Assembly: GCA_040752415.1 (NCBI GenBank)
Contig: JBFMGU010000167.1
Coordinates: 1 to 23,820 of the forward strand
DNA from: Myxococcota bacterium
Lineage (GTDB): Bacteria > Myxococcota > JACRCW01
Length of the DNA: 23,820 nt
Reading direction: 5' to 3'
The notes under the pieces were generated by a model that saw only the letters and a list, made by a program, of their open reading frames with translations, ran no database searches and was not told where the DNA came from. Position 1 is the stretch's first letter. Each line of letters opens with the position of its first letter. Below are positions 8,027-17,527 of the stretch, piece by piece. A program made the translations under genes and the position numbers.

Positions 8027-10978
8027 GTGTCAAGAGCGCGTTTTTCCGCCATTTTTCTCGCGGTGCTCCTCCATGCGCCCCTCGCGCGCGCGGAGGTCAT
8101 CCTGCAGTGGTTCGAGACGCCGTATGCCGAGATCGAGGCGCGCATGCCGGAAGTGGCGCTGGCGGGCTATTCGGCGCTCTGGCTGCCTCCGCCGACCAAG
8201 GGCGCGGACGGCGTGGCCGACGTCGGGTTCGCGTTGTTCGACCGTTTTGACCTCGGTGACCGTGACCAGCGTGGGACGGTGCGCACGCGTTACGGCACGT
8301 TGGCGGAGCTGCAGAGCATGGTGCGGACCGCCCACCGCTACGGCATCCGCGTCTATTTCGACACCGTCATGAACCACAACTCCAACCCCTCGCGGGTGGA
8401 GTTCCAGGGCGGTCCCGCCACGCCGCCCAACATGCTCGAGTATCCCGGCATGACGCCGCTGGACTTCCACGTCTGGCCCGCCAATCCCACCGGCACGCCG
8501 GGTGAGTACAACGCGCGTCGTCCCAGCGAGTTCGGCGGTGGCACCATCAACGTGCGTCCCTGGCAGGACAATTGCCCCGCCAACACCATCTGCGAGGACG
8601 ACTTCATTGCCGCCGTCGCCATCGCCGACATCCCCGCGGAACAGCTCCCGCCCGGCGGCGCCAATCACCCGGCGTTGCAGGGCTACACGCATCTCATTCG
8701 CGCGCCGCGCATGAACTTCGGAGGGCTCGCCGGGCAGAACTGGTGCGCGCCGCAGGACCGGGGCAACGGCTGCGCCTATGAGCTGCTCAACGCCAGCCTC
8801 CTCGGGCTCATCGACATCGCCAACGAGCAGCTCGCGGATTCCTCCGGGCCCACGTCGGGAGACGGCACCAACCTGGTCACGGGGACGCCGCTCATCTCGT
8901 ACGTGCGCAGTGCGGACCGCCCGGAGACGTATCCCAGCAGCAGTCCCACGGCGGAGGACTCGCGCCAGTACCTCATCCGTTGGATCAAGTGGCTCTCCGA
9001 GACCACCGACGCGGACGGCTTCCGCCTCGACGCCATCCGGCACACCCCGGAGAGCTTCTTTGGTGAGGACTATCCCGGTGACCCGGTGGCTTTTGACAAG
9101 GTCATCCAGGACAGCTTTGACGAGCGGCGCGGCTACTCCGACGGAAATGACGACGATCTCGACGGTGACGCGGCCATCTTCGGTGAGTCGTTCACGGGTG
9201 ACATCTACGGTGAGCTGAACTCGTACCGTCGGACGGGCATGCGGCTGCTCAACTTCCCGCTCTTCTTCCGTCTCAAGGGCGTCTTCTACAGCGGCGCGGA
9301 TTCCGGCGACGGAGACATGGGTCAGCTCAGCTATCCGCACGGCGGCCAGACCGGTCCGCTCGAGGAGTTCGGCGGCCTGGGCCGCTGGGACGGCGTGAGC
9401 TTCATCCAGTCCCACGACGAGTGCCCGCCCGGAACGCCCGTGCGCAACGTCCCCAACTGCATCCCCGGCGAGAACCCGCAGGATGACCTGGCGCAGGCGT
9501 TCATCACCATGCGCCCCGGCGACAGCGTGGTCTACTTCGACGGCAACAACTTCACGGAGAGCACGTTCGTGCGCGCAGGTCGCGTGGACGCGCTGGGGGA
9601 CTTCCAGGACGCCATCGTCAAGATCGTGCGGGCCACGGAGGACGGCGCGCGCGGCGGCATGTTCAACCGCTACGTGGACGACGACGCGTACGTGTTCGAG
9701 CGCATTGTCGACGGGTACGGCGCGGCCGCGCTGGTGGTCCTGCACGACAACATCAAGCCCGACGGGCGCGTGGACGGTGAGGGCATTGCCAAGTTCGGCG
9801 GCTTTGATCCGCGGCCGCTCATCGTGACGTCGTTCCCGCCGGGCACGGTGCTGATGGATCTCACGGGCAATGCGCCGGTGGGCAGCGAGGTGCTGACGGT
9901 GCTGGATCCCGCCGTCGTCTCCCAGGGCGAGAAGGACAACGCCTACGCCGCGCACACCAATGCCAACGGCGGGAACACCTTCGTGCCGCCCGACCACGGC
10001 CTCATCTACTTCGGCGTGCGCAACGGTCCCGTCGGGAACTACCTCATCTACGCGCCGGCCGGCGTCTCGCCCCAGCTCGAGATCGTCGTGGGGGGCTCGG
10101 CGGCGCCCAGCGAGAATGTGACCACGTCGCAGGGGAAGGTGACGCACGTGGGGGCGAATGTTCCCGCTTCGCAGTACGCGCGCTACCAGGTGCCCCCGTC
10201 GTTCACGGTGCGCGTCCCGGTGACGTCGACGGTGGGCGCGGTGGCGGGCCTCACGGTGGACAGCGCCGTGCCGGCGGGACTCTCGCCGCTGAGCGCGACG
10301 CCCGAGGGCGCGGCCGACGGCATGGGCACCATGAGCACCAGCGGCAACGCGTTCGAGGCGCAGCTCAGCGGACTGACCGCCGGCGAGCACCTGGTGAAGG
10401 TCCGCGTGGTTTCCGACGTGGCGGGGGCCGCGTCACGGCTGGTGACCCTGCGCGCGCTGGTGCGCGTGGAGGGCGTGGTCAACGTCGACGCCGGTGTGCG
10501 GAACGACGCCGCGGTGGATGATGACGCGGGCGGCCAGCAGACGCCGGATGCCTCCGTGCGCGACGCCGGTCAGCGCGACGCGGCGATTCCCGACGGAAAT
10601 GTTGTGCTTCCCGACGGGGGAACGCCGCCTGACAGCGGTGCGCCCGCCGACAGCGGCCCCGCGGGTGACCAGGACAACGACGGCGTGGACGACGCCACGG
10701 ACAACTGCGCCACGGAGCCGAACGAAGACCAGACCGACTTTGACGGCGACGGCGTGGGCAACGTGTGCGACCTCTGCCCGGCCACGCAGGGCGCGAACCT
10801 CGTCGACGAGGATGGTTGCCCGCAGCTCCCGCCCGACGTGCGGCAGGAGCTGGATGAGCTGGTGGAGATGGTGGTGGGCATCCGTCCGGAGAACCAGGCG
10901 CTGGACCAGGACCTCGATGGCGATTTGGACGCGGTGGACATTGCGCGGGCCGTGGTTCGCGCGCAGGACCGGAGGTGA
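8027..10978 (+). CDS. Secreted GH13 alpha-amylase-family enzyme with TSP3 repeats and a C-terminal dockerin-like module
   Basis: GTG start; signal peptide ending ARA|EVILQWFE. GH13 regions: WLPPPTKG, RTRYGT, DTVMNH (I), DGFRLDAIRH (II, D335), IFGESF (III, E387) and SFIQSHD (IV, D464). These are followed by a DAG-rich linker, thrombospondin type-3 repeats (DQDNDGVDDATDNC..DFDGDGVGNVCD) and LDQDLDGDLDAVDIARAV. Confidence 0.9.
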   Translation: MSRARFSAIFLAVLLHAPLARAEVILQWFETPYAEIEARMPEVALAGYSALWLPPPTKGADGVADVGFALFDRFDLGDRDQRGTVRTRYGTLAELQSMVRTAHRYGIRVYFDTVMNHNSNPSRVEFQGGPATPPNMLEYPGMTPLDFHVWPANPTGTPGEYNARRPSEFGGGTINVRPWQDNCPANTICEDDFIAAVAIADIPAEQLPPGGANHPALQGYTHLIRAPRMNFGGLAGQNWCAPQDRGNGCAYELLNASLLGLIDIANEQLADSSGPTSGDGTNLVTGTPLISYVRSADRPETYPSSSPTAEDSRQYLIRWIKWLSETTDADGFRLDAIRHTPESFFGEDYPGDPVAFDKVIQDSFDERRGYSDGNDDDLDGDAAIFGESFTGDIYGELNSYRRTGMRLLNFPLFFRLKGVFYSGADSGDGDMGQLSYPHGGQTGPLEEFGGLGRWDGVSFIQSHDECPPGTPVRNVPNCIPGENPQDDLAQAFITMRPGDSVVYFDGNNFTESTFVRAGRVDALGDFQDAIVKIVRATEDGARGGMFNRYVDDDAYVFERIVDGYGAAALVVLHDNIKPDGRVDGEGIAKFGGFDPRPLIVTSFPPGTVLMDLTGNAPVGSEVLTVLDPAVVSQGEKDNAYAAHTNANGGNTFVPPDHGLIYFGVRNGPVGNYLIYAPAGVSPQLEIVVGGSAAPSENVTTSQGKVTHVGANVPASQYARYQVPPSFTVRVPVTSTVGAVAGLTVDSAVPAGLSPLSATPEGAADGMGTMSTSGNAFEAQLSGLTAGEHLVKVRVVSDVAGAASRLVTLRALVRVEGVVNVDAGVRNDAAVDDDAGGQQTPDASVRDAGQRDAAIPDGNVVLPDGGTPPDSGAPADSGPAGDQDNDGVDDATDNCATEPNEDQTDFDGDGVGNVCDLCPATQGANLVDEDGCPQLPPDVRQELDELVEMVVGIRPENQALDQDLDGDLDAVDIARAVVRAQDRR

Positions 10979-10980
10979 GC

Positions 10981-11439
10981 ATGCGGACGTTGACGGTTGT
11001 GGCGCTGGCCCTGCTCGTGGGCGCGGGCGCTTGTCCCAACACCACCTCCACGCCGCCTACGCCGCCACCGGAGGTCGGTCGCCTCATCGCGGTCACGCGC
11101 GCGGGTAGTGTCGACGTCGAGATCGATTCCTCGCTCGCGCCGCTGGCCGTGGCCGCCACCGTGAAGGTCCAGGGTGCGCGCGTTGCGGGTGCCGCGCAGG
11201 CGGGTTCCGCCGCGGCGGACCGCGACCTTTTCAAGCAGAAGGCGTTCAACGAGGAGGACATGCGCTTTGCCATCTCCGACTCACGCGCGTTGCGCATCCA
11301 GCGCAGCGGGGTGCTGGTGAGCATTCCCGTCGACGGCACGCCCACCAACGTGGAAGTCACCGACATCACCGCGGCCAGTGAGGACGGCTCTGAAGTCATC
11401 CTCAAGGGCTTCAACGGCGCACCGGAGGCACGGCAGTGA
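10981..11439 (+). CDS. Small lipoprotein with a putative cohesin-like beta-sandwich domain
   Basis: ATG 10981 after GGAGG (10971-10975); 152 aa. Lipobox GAGA-C18 and a Pro/Thr linker. The remaining ~115 aa are beta-rich with cohesin-like features (V.V.I, MRFAISD, I..SGVLVSIPV, V.V..I.AASEDG). The gene is well supported; the cohesin call is inference. Confidence 0.7.
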   Translation: MRTLTVVALALLVGAGACPNTTSTPPTPPPEVGRLIAVTRAGSVDVEIDSSLAPLAVAATVKVQGARVAGAAQAGSAAADRDLFKQKAFNEEDMRFAISDSRALRIQRSGVLVSIPVDGTPTNVEVTDITAASEDGSEVILKGFNGAPEARQ

Positions 11440-14400
11440 GGACCTGCAAGCTTCCGTCCCTGTTGCTCCTCCTCTCCTCTGTGACCACGGGCGGGTGTGG
11501 TCTGGAGAGCATCTTCTTCGCGCGTGACTTCGTGCCCACGCCGCCGCCGCATGCCGTCATCAAGGGCTCCGTGGGCGGTGTTCCCGACGGGCTCTCCGGT
11601 CGGCTGGGCGGCGTCGCGTTGACCGCGCGCGCCCTCGCCGTCGACGGGCGGCTCCTGGCCAGCACCAGCGCCAAGCTCGGTGAGTCCTTCACGCTGGACC
11701 TGCAGCCTAACCTGGGCGACCAGTACAACGTGCGTGTCGTCGTGGGCGCGGGCAGTACGCAGCTGCGCAGCATGGCCACCGAGGTGCGCGACGGCGCCGA
11801 GACCGACGTGGGCGAGGTCAATGCCTCCACCACCGCCAGCTCGCTCCTCCTCGAGGCCTATGCCGGGACCGCGCGCAGCGGCCTGGCCGGGACGCCGCCC
11901 ACCGTCGGCAACAAGGTCCTCCAGAACGGTCGCGACACCGCCAACCCCGACGTGGCCGCCTACCACGACGTGCTGCGCGCCATCCTGGATGCCAGCAATC
12001 CCAACGGCGGGCAGTCCGCTTTCGCCGACGTGGGCGGTGATCCCACCGACGACGCGCTGGCCGCCGCTTCCATCGAGCGCGAGCGCTACGAGGAGCTGCG
12101 CCAGAAGGCCGTGGATGCCGTGGGCGTGCCGGTCATCTGCGACCAGAGCCGCGTGCGCGTCATGTTCTCCGTCGACGTCAGCGGGCAGGGGCTGGATGGC
12201 AACGGGAAGAAGCAGTTCATCCGCCAGGCGCCCAAGGAAGGCCGCGTGTTCCTGGGCATCACGCTGGACCCCTCGTCGCCGGTGCCGGATTCCGCGCGGG
12301 CCATGAAGAGCCGGCTCACGCCCAATGACCCCGACACCGAGATGTTCGACGACGCCACCCACGGCGACGAGGTGGCCGGCGACCAGGTGTTCACGACGAC
12401 GATCGTGCTGCCGCGCGGCATGCGCGTCATCTACAAGTACACCGACGGTTCCCCCGGCGAGGGCTACACCGGTACGGAGGAATGGCCGGGCAATGCTCGC
12501 ATCCTCGAGATCAAGGACGTCATCACCGGCAATCCCGACGGGAAACCGGATTGTCTCGTTGTGCGTCGGGACAGCTTTGGGGATGAGAGCAGCAACAAGA
12601 ACTTCGTGAACCTCCACGCGGTGCTCGCGGGCGGCGCGCTTTCCTATGACCAGGACCTCGGTGGCCCGGCCATGACGCCGGCGTCGTCGTCGGAGCTGCT
12701 GCCGGTGGCCGGGCTGGCTGTCGACGCGCTCCGCACGGTGGCGCCGCTGACCCCGCAGGGCTTGGCGGAAGCGCGCGAGAACGGCTCCTGCACCATCTGT
12801 CCGCCGCCGGTGACCGTCCCCGTCGACGACTCCGAGCCGCCGCGCATCATCTCCGCGCGGTTCTCCGCCACCGACGAGGTGGTGGTGCTCTTCAGCGAGG
12901 ACCTGGACCTTGGCACCGCCGCCAGCACCAACAACTACCTCATCGTCGACGAGGCCAACACGTCCCTGCCCATTCGTCGCGTGGGCGTGGCGGGCGCGCT
13001 GGTGACGCTGTCGATTGACCCGGTGGATCCACGCAAGGCGTACACGCTCTTCGTGAAGGACGTTGCCGACGCCAGCCTGGACCGCAACCCCGTGGCGCAG
13101 GATACCCGCGTCACCATCGGCGGCGACACCACCGCGCCGCGCCTGGTCTCCGCGCAAGGGGCCTCCATCACCGACGTGAACCCCGCCGCCCGTCCCGCCG
13201 ATCCCCGCGGCGGTGAGGTGGTGGTGGTGACGTTCTCCGAGGTGCTGGACCGCATCTCCGCCGAGAACACCGCGGCGTATCGGCTGGAGGGTCCCTCCGG
13301 TGCGCTGCCCGTCTACGCCGCATTCCAGCGTGGCCGCGACGTGCTGCTGGTGACCGACGCCATGACCGGCGGCGCGTCGTACACGGTCTACGCGGACGCG
13401 GTGTTTGATGCGGCGGGCAACCTGATTGCGCGCGGCTCCTCGACGACGTTCACCGGTCTCAAGCTGTACAAGGTGCAGATCAACGCGGTCCCCGGACACG
13501 CATGGCGCAGCGTCGACGGGACGGAGCGCGGTCTGCCTCCCGGAGATGGCCTCTATGTGACCGGCACCATCATGACGGCGGCGCGCGGTGTCGACGGGGC
13601 GGACCTCCGTACCACCGGCCGCAGCGACGTCGCGGGTCGTGATGGGTACCGAATGACCGAGGTTGCCGAGGAGAAGGTCTCCGGTCAGCCCGTGCATCGC
13701 CTCGAGCTGATGCTCCCGGTCGGGACGTACGCCTACAAGCTCGCCCACGGCCGTCCCGCCGACGCCGCCGCCCCGCCCGCGACGTTGGAGACCGTCACCA
13801 AGAGCCTTGTCACCGCCAACGACGCCACCGGCGTGCAGGTGGACCCGATCACTTCCACCGGCGCCGACGGACTCAGCTACGCCGGAGCGCGCCTGTCGCT
13901 CACCGGGGCGGATACCGCGGGACCCGGCGTCCTCTTCAAGCGTGAGAACCCGGACAGCGTTGTCAACGTGGTCGACGAGGACGTCGTGCTTCCCACGCTG
14001 ATCATCGGCACCTGGCGTGACGTGCCATTCGGTCGCGGCCGCGACTACGACGACGGACTCCGTGAAATCGCAATGCCCGTTGCCGGCGCGGTCGACGGTG
14101 AAGGTCCGCTGGCCATTGCCGCGGAGGCGCGTGATTCCGAAAGCGTCCTGCTCTCATTCGATGAGGCGCTGAGCACGCTCGCTGCCGACCTGGTGGCCAC
14201 GATCACCGACGAGGAAGGCACGCCGCTTCCCGCCACCGTGCTCGCGGTTGGCATCCCCCGTCCCAGCCAGGCGGTGTTGCGCACCGGGCCCATGGGACTC
14301 AACCGCGGCTACACCGTCCTCGTCGCGCGCGCGGCCGACACCGGTGGCCACGTGCGCAATGACGCCATCACGGTCGCCTACAACGCGCCGGGTGCGTACA

Positions 14401-15668
14401 CGCCGTTCACGCCGGTGGTCGACGAGGATCCGCCCGTGGTCACGTCCGTGAGCGCCACCGGCCCCACCAGCCTGACGGTGCGCTTCTCGGAACGCGTGGC
14501 CAACACCGCCGCCGATCCCGCGCGCTACACCGTCGATCCCGCGCTGCAGGTGCTCTCCGCGCGCCTCGTGGAAGCCGGACGCGCCGTGGTGCTGACGACG
14601 GGAACGCAGGAGTTCCGCGCCGCGTACCGCCTCACCGTGACCAACATTGACGACCTCGCCACGCCCACCGCGAACCGGTTGACGTCGCAGGAGATTGCGT
14701 TTGAAGGCTTCGGTGACGCCGACGCGCCGACGATCCTCTGGGCCCGCGCGGTGACGCCGAACCGCGTGGTCCTCAAGTTCAGCGAGGTCATCAACGCGTC
14801 ATCCGCGTCGGTGCCGGAGAACTACGTGCTCACCGGGGTCAACGTCACCAAGGCGGAAGCGTCCAACCTTGACGACGTCCGCGTCTCCGCGTTCAACGCC
14901 GACTGGGCGCCGCTGCGTGGTGACCTCGTGGTTTTGCACACCGACACCATGGAGGGAGGCCGCAGCTACACGGTCACCGCGACCAACGTGCTGGACCCCA
15001 GCGGCAACCCCTCCGCGACCACGGCGACATTCACCGGCGTTTCCGAGGCGCCGCGGGTCACCGTCGAGCTGCGCTACGTCATCTCCAACACCGCCGCTGT
15101 CGTCGGGGTGGGCTCCGGTGGGGCGGCGGGAATCCCCGCGCGTGCCATCAGCCCGCAGCGCCTGGCCTCCGAGCGCGAAGGCGTGTTCATCAAGGGCACC
15201 GCGCTCACCGAGAATGGCGCCTCGCCGGTCACGGACCACGCCGTCACGCAGACCCTCGGCGGCTTCCCCGAGGAGGGCTCACCCCTCGACGGCGCGGAGC
15301 CTGGCCTGCGCGACGACGGTCAAAGCGGGGACGCCACCGCCAACGACAACATCTTCACCATCACCATCCCCAACGTGCCGCTCGGCTCGGTGCTCTCGTA
15401 CAAGGCGTTCGCTTCGTACTCGACGAGCTACCGCGACTCCTCGGGTGACCCACTGGCCAGCTTCGCCGACGCCACGCCCGGTCCGTTCGTCTTCGCCGAC
15501 GGACAGGAGTACCCCGGTCACGACAACGGCGCGTGGATCCTTGCCGACGAGAACGGCGACGGCCGCGTGGTGCTGGAGAACCTCTTCGGTGACGAGGTGA
15601 CCTTCAAGCGCAAGACCGGCTTCCGTCCCTTTGCCTGGGTCACCGACGAGTGGCGGAGGCAGGAATGA
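11436..15668 (+). CDS. Large (1410 aa) surface lipoprotein with five Ig-like (Big_5-type) repeats and three CBM-like / choice-of-anchor-X-like modules
   Basis: GTGA overlap with the upstream stop and a GGAGG RBS. Lipobox TTGG-C21. Five repeats of the P.(I/V)..A....V.V.FSE type (about 12837, 13134, 14103, 14430, 14724). Two DD[AG]xxGDxxAxDxxFT motifs. No catalytic motif recognised. Confidence 0.85.
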   Translation: MRTCKLPSLLLLLSSVTTGGCGLESIFFARDFVPTPPPHAVIKGSVGGVPDGLSGRLGGVALTARALAVDGRLLASTSAKLGESFTLDLQPNLGDQYNVRVVVGAGSTQLRSMATEVRDGAETDVGEVNASTTASSLLLEAYAGTARSGLAGTPPTVGNKVLQNGRDTANPDVAAYHDVLRAILDASNPNGGQSAFADVGGDPTDDALAAASIERERYEELRQKAVDAVGVPVICDQSRVRVMFSVDVSGQGLDGNGKKQFIRQAPKEGRVFLGITLDPSSPVPDSARAMKSRLTPNDPDTEMFDDATHGDEVAGDQVFTTTIVLPRGMRVIYKYTDGSPGEGYTGTEEWPGNARILEIKDVITGNPDGKPDCLVVRRDSFGDESSNKNFVNLHAVLAGGALSYDQDLGGPAMTPASSSELLPVAGLAVDALRTVAPLTPQGLAEARENGSCTICPPPVTVPVDDSEPPRIISARFSATDEVVVLFSEDLDLGTAASTNNYLIVDEANTSLPIRRVGVAGALVTLSIDPVDPRKAYTLFVKDVADASLDRNPVAQDTRVTIGGDTTAPRLVSAQGASITDVNPAARPADPRGGEVVVVTFSEVLDRISAENTAAYRLEGPSGALPVYAAFQRGRDVLLVTDAMTGGASYTVYADAVFDAAGNLIARGSSTTFTGLKLYKVQINAVPGHAWRSVDGTERGLPPGDGLYVTGTIMTAARGVDGADLRTTGRSDVAGRDGYRMTEVAEEKVSGQPVHRLELMLPVGTYAYKLAHGRPADAAAPPATLETVTKSLVTANDATGVQVDPITSTGADGLSYAGARLSLTGADTAGPGVLFKRENPDSVVNVVDEDVVLPTLIIGTWRDVPFGRGRDYDDGLREIAMPVAGAVDGEGPLAIAAEARDSESVLLSFDEALSTLAADLVATITDEEGTPLPATVLAVGIPRPSQAVLRTGPMGLNRGYTVLVARAADTGGHVRNDAITVAYNAPGAYTPFTPVVDEDPPVVTSVSATGPTSLTVRFSERVANTAADPARYTVDPALQVLSARLVEAGRAVVLTTGTQEFRAAYRLTVTNIDDLATPTANRLTSQEIAFEGFGDADAPTILWARAVTPNRVVLKFSEVINASSASVPENYVLTGVNVTKAEASNLDDVRVSAFNADWAPLRGDLVVLHTDTMEGGRSYTVTATNVLDPSGNPSATTATFTGVSEAPRVTVELRYVISNTAAVVGVGSGGAAGIPARAISPQRLASEREGVFIKGTALTENGASPVTDHAVTQTLGGFPEEGSPLDGAEPGLRDDGQSGDATANDNIFTITIPNVPLGSVLSYKAFASYSTSYRDSSGDPLASFADATPGPFVFADGQEYPGHDNGAWILADENGDGRVVLENLFGDEVTFKRKTGFRPFAWVTDEWRRQE

Positions 15669-17527
15669 GCACCATGCGTTGCATCCTCCCCGTGGTCGCG
15701 CTCCTGTGCGCGTGTCCCACCACCACGACGTCGACGCCGCAGGAGGCGCCGCGTGGTGACGGCTTCTCCAGCGTCTACACGCTCGACGAGCGCACCGTGC
15801 TGCTCTCGTTCACCCGCAAGGTGGACGGGGCCTCGGTGCAGGCCGGCGCGTTCGAGATCGCGGATCGCACGGTGGTGCCGTTCGTGAATCTGCCCGTCGA
15901 GTCGGCGTCGGCGAGCGGGCCCGCGGAAATCACCTTGACCACCGGTCCGCAGGAGCCGGGTCGCACGTACACGCTGAAGATCAACGGCCTCAAGGATGAG
16001 GGTGGCTATCCCCTCGACGGGACGCTCAACTTCACGGGCGGCGGCGCGGTGCGGAAGTCGCAGGTCACCATCACGCTGGGCGACGCGGAGCGCGCGCTTG
16101 CCTGGGGTCCCATGCGCCTGGAGATCAGCGCCAACCCCTCGACGGGCGCGTGGACGGAATCGCTCCATCCGCTCGACCTCACCGTGCAGGGCGCGGTCTA
16201 CACCATCACCCTCGAGCTGGAGGTCAATCCCCGCCGCACCGCGGATCGTCGTGATGATCTCGACCCCGTCGTCGACCGTCGCGCCTACGCGGTGCGTGCC
16301 GTCGTCATCGAGGGTGGTCAGGTTGCCAGTCCGCTCTTCCCGTTCGAGGTGACCACCACGGCCGCCACCAACATCGTGCTCCCGCTCTTTGAACCGCCGG
16401 AGCCACCCCAGCAGCCCGGCGGCACGTTCGACCCGCCCGAGGACCCGAATCCCGGTGATGGCCTCAAGCGCGTGCGTCTCATCGTCGACGACCGGCAGTC
16501 CGGCGAGCTGGTGAATCCGCAGCTCAAGGCCAGCTTCACGGCCGGCGGCGACTTCGATGTGACCTTCCCGCAGACCCTCACGCTGGAGCAGCCCGTGGAG
16601 GCGCGGTTCTACGAGGTTACCGTCGACGTCAAGGTGGACCCCAACCGTCGCATCGACGGCACCGACGAGAACACGCTCCCGTACATCATCTACCTCGTGA
16701 ACAACGGTGTCGACGTGGACGCCATCAACGTGAGCGTGGTGGCGCCGGATGAGACGCCGGAGGCGGTGGTGGTGCCGCTGGGTGACCCGTCCATGACGCC
16801 GGTGACCTTCCGCGTGGACGTGGGCGCCGCCTTCCTCACCGCCGACGGCACCCAGCGCGGCGTGTTTGACGGCGAGTCCGTCTGGCTCACCGGCGAGTGG
16901 CAGATTGCCGCCGACGTCCTGGGCCGCAACGCGGGCGACGCGTTCACCGGTGGCGAGCAGTCCACGCTCGAGATGCGTGAGGACAGCGAGCATCCCGGCG
17001 TGTGGACCAAGACGCTGTGGCTCCCCGGCGGGCGTCCCTACGGCTGGAAGGCGGTGCGCTGCCAGATCGCCGTTGGCTGTGGACCGCTGAATCAGCGCGT
17101 GGCGTCGTCGGGACGCGCGTTCGCCACCGTGATGAAGAACCTGGTGACCGAGAACCAGGATGCCTTCGCCGTGCCCGCTGTCGTCGTGGTGGACCCGCAC
17201 AACCTCTCCGCGGTGCCGCTCTCGTCGGGGAACGCGGACTATTCCAATGCGTCGGTCTACATCGGCAACGGCGAGGGCGGGGAGGACAACCCGCCGGGGA
17301 TGCCCAATCCCAGCACGCTCTTCAAGCAGGAGTCGCCGGACCTGGCGGTTGTCGTGGGGGATGAGCCGGTGCGGACGCCCATCTACGTCGTGGGAACATG
17401 GCGCGACATCAACCTGCCCATGCGCCCCGCGGACATCTTGAACAGCCAGGAGACGGTGAACCTCTCGCCCTATGACTACGACGAGGGGTTCATCGGCCGT
17501 TATCCGCCCAGTCGGAGTGAACCGTGA
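15665..17527 (+). CDS. Surface lipoprotein (620 aa) with an Ig-like repeat and a C-terminal CBM-like module
   Basis: ATG 15665 (ATGA overlap, GGAGG RBS at 15655-15659). Lipobox LLCA-C17. N-terminal Big_5-like segment (VLLSFTRKVD..YTLKINGLKD..G). The C-terminal module VTFRVDV..VWLTGEW..LEMRE..PGVWTKTLWLP..YGWK is reminiscent of starch-binding CBM20-like folds. Confidence 0.85.
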   Translation: MSTMRCILPVVALLCACPTTTTSTPQEAPRGDGFSSVYTLDERTVLLSFTRKVDGASVQAGAFEIADRTVVPFVNLPVESASASGPAEITLTTGPQEPGRTYTLKINGLKDEGGYPLDGTLNFTGGGAVRKSQVTITLGDAERALAWGPMRLEISANPSTGAWTESLHPLDLTVQGAVYTITLELEVNPRRTADRRDDLDPVVDRRAYAVRAVVIEGGQVASPLFPFEVTTTAATNIVLPLFEPPEPPQQPGGTFDPPEDPNPGDGLKRVRLIVDDRQSGELVNPQLKASFTAGGDFDVTFPQTLTLEQPVEARFYEVTVDVKVDPNRRIDGTDENTLPYIIYLVNNGVDVDAINVSVVAPDETPEAVVVPLGDPSMTPVTFRVDVGAAFLTADGTQRGVFDGESVWLTGEWQIAADVLGRNAGDAFTGGEQSTLEMREDSEHPGVWTKTLWLPGGRPYGWKAVRCQIAVGCGPLNQRVASSGRAFATVMKNLVTENQDAFAVPAVVVVDPHNLSAVPLSSGNADYSNASVYIGNGEGGEDNPPGMPNPSTLFKQESPDLAVVVGDEPVRTPIYVVGTWRDINLPMRPADILNSQETVNLSPYDYDEGFIGRYPPSRSEP

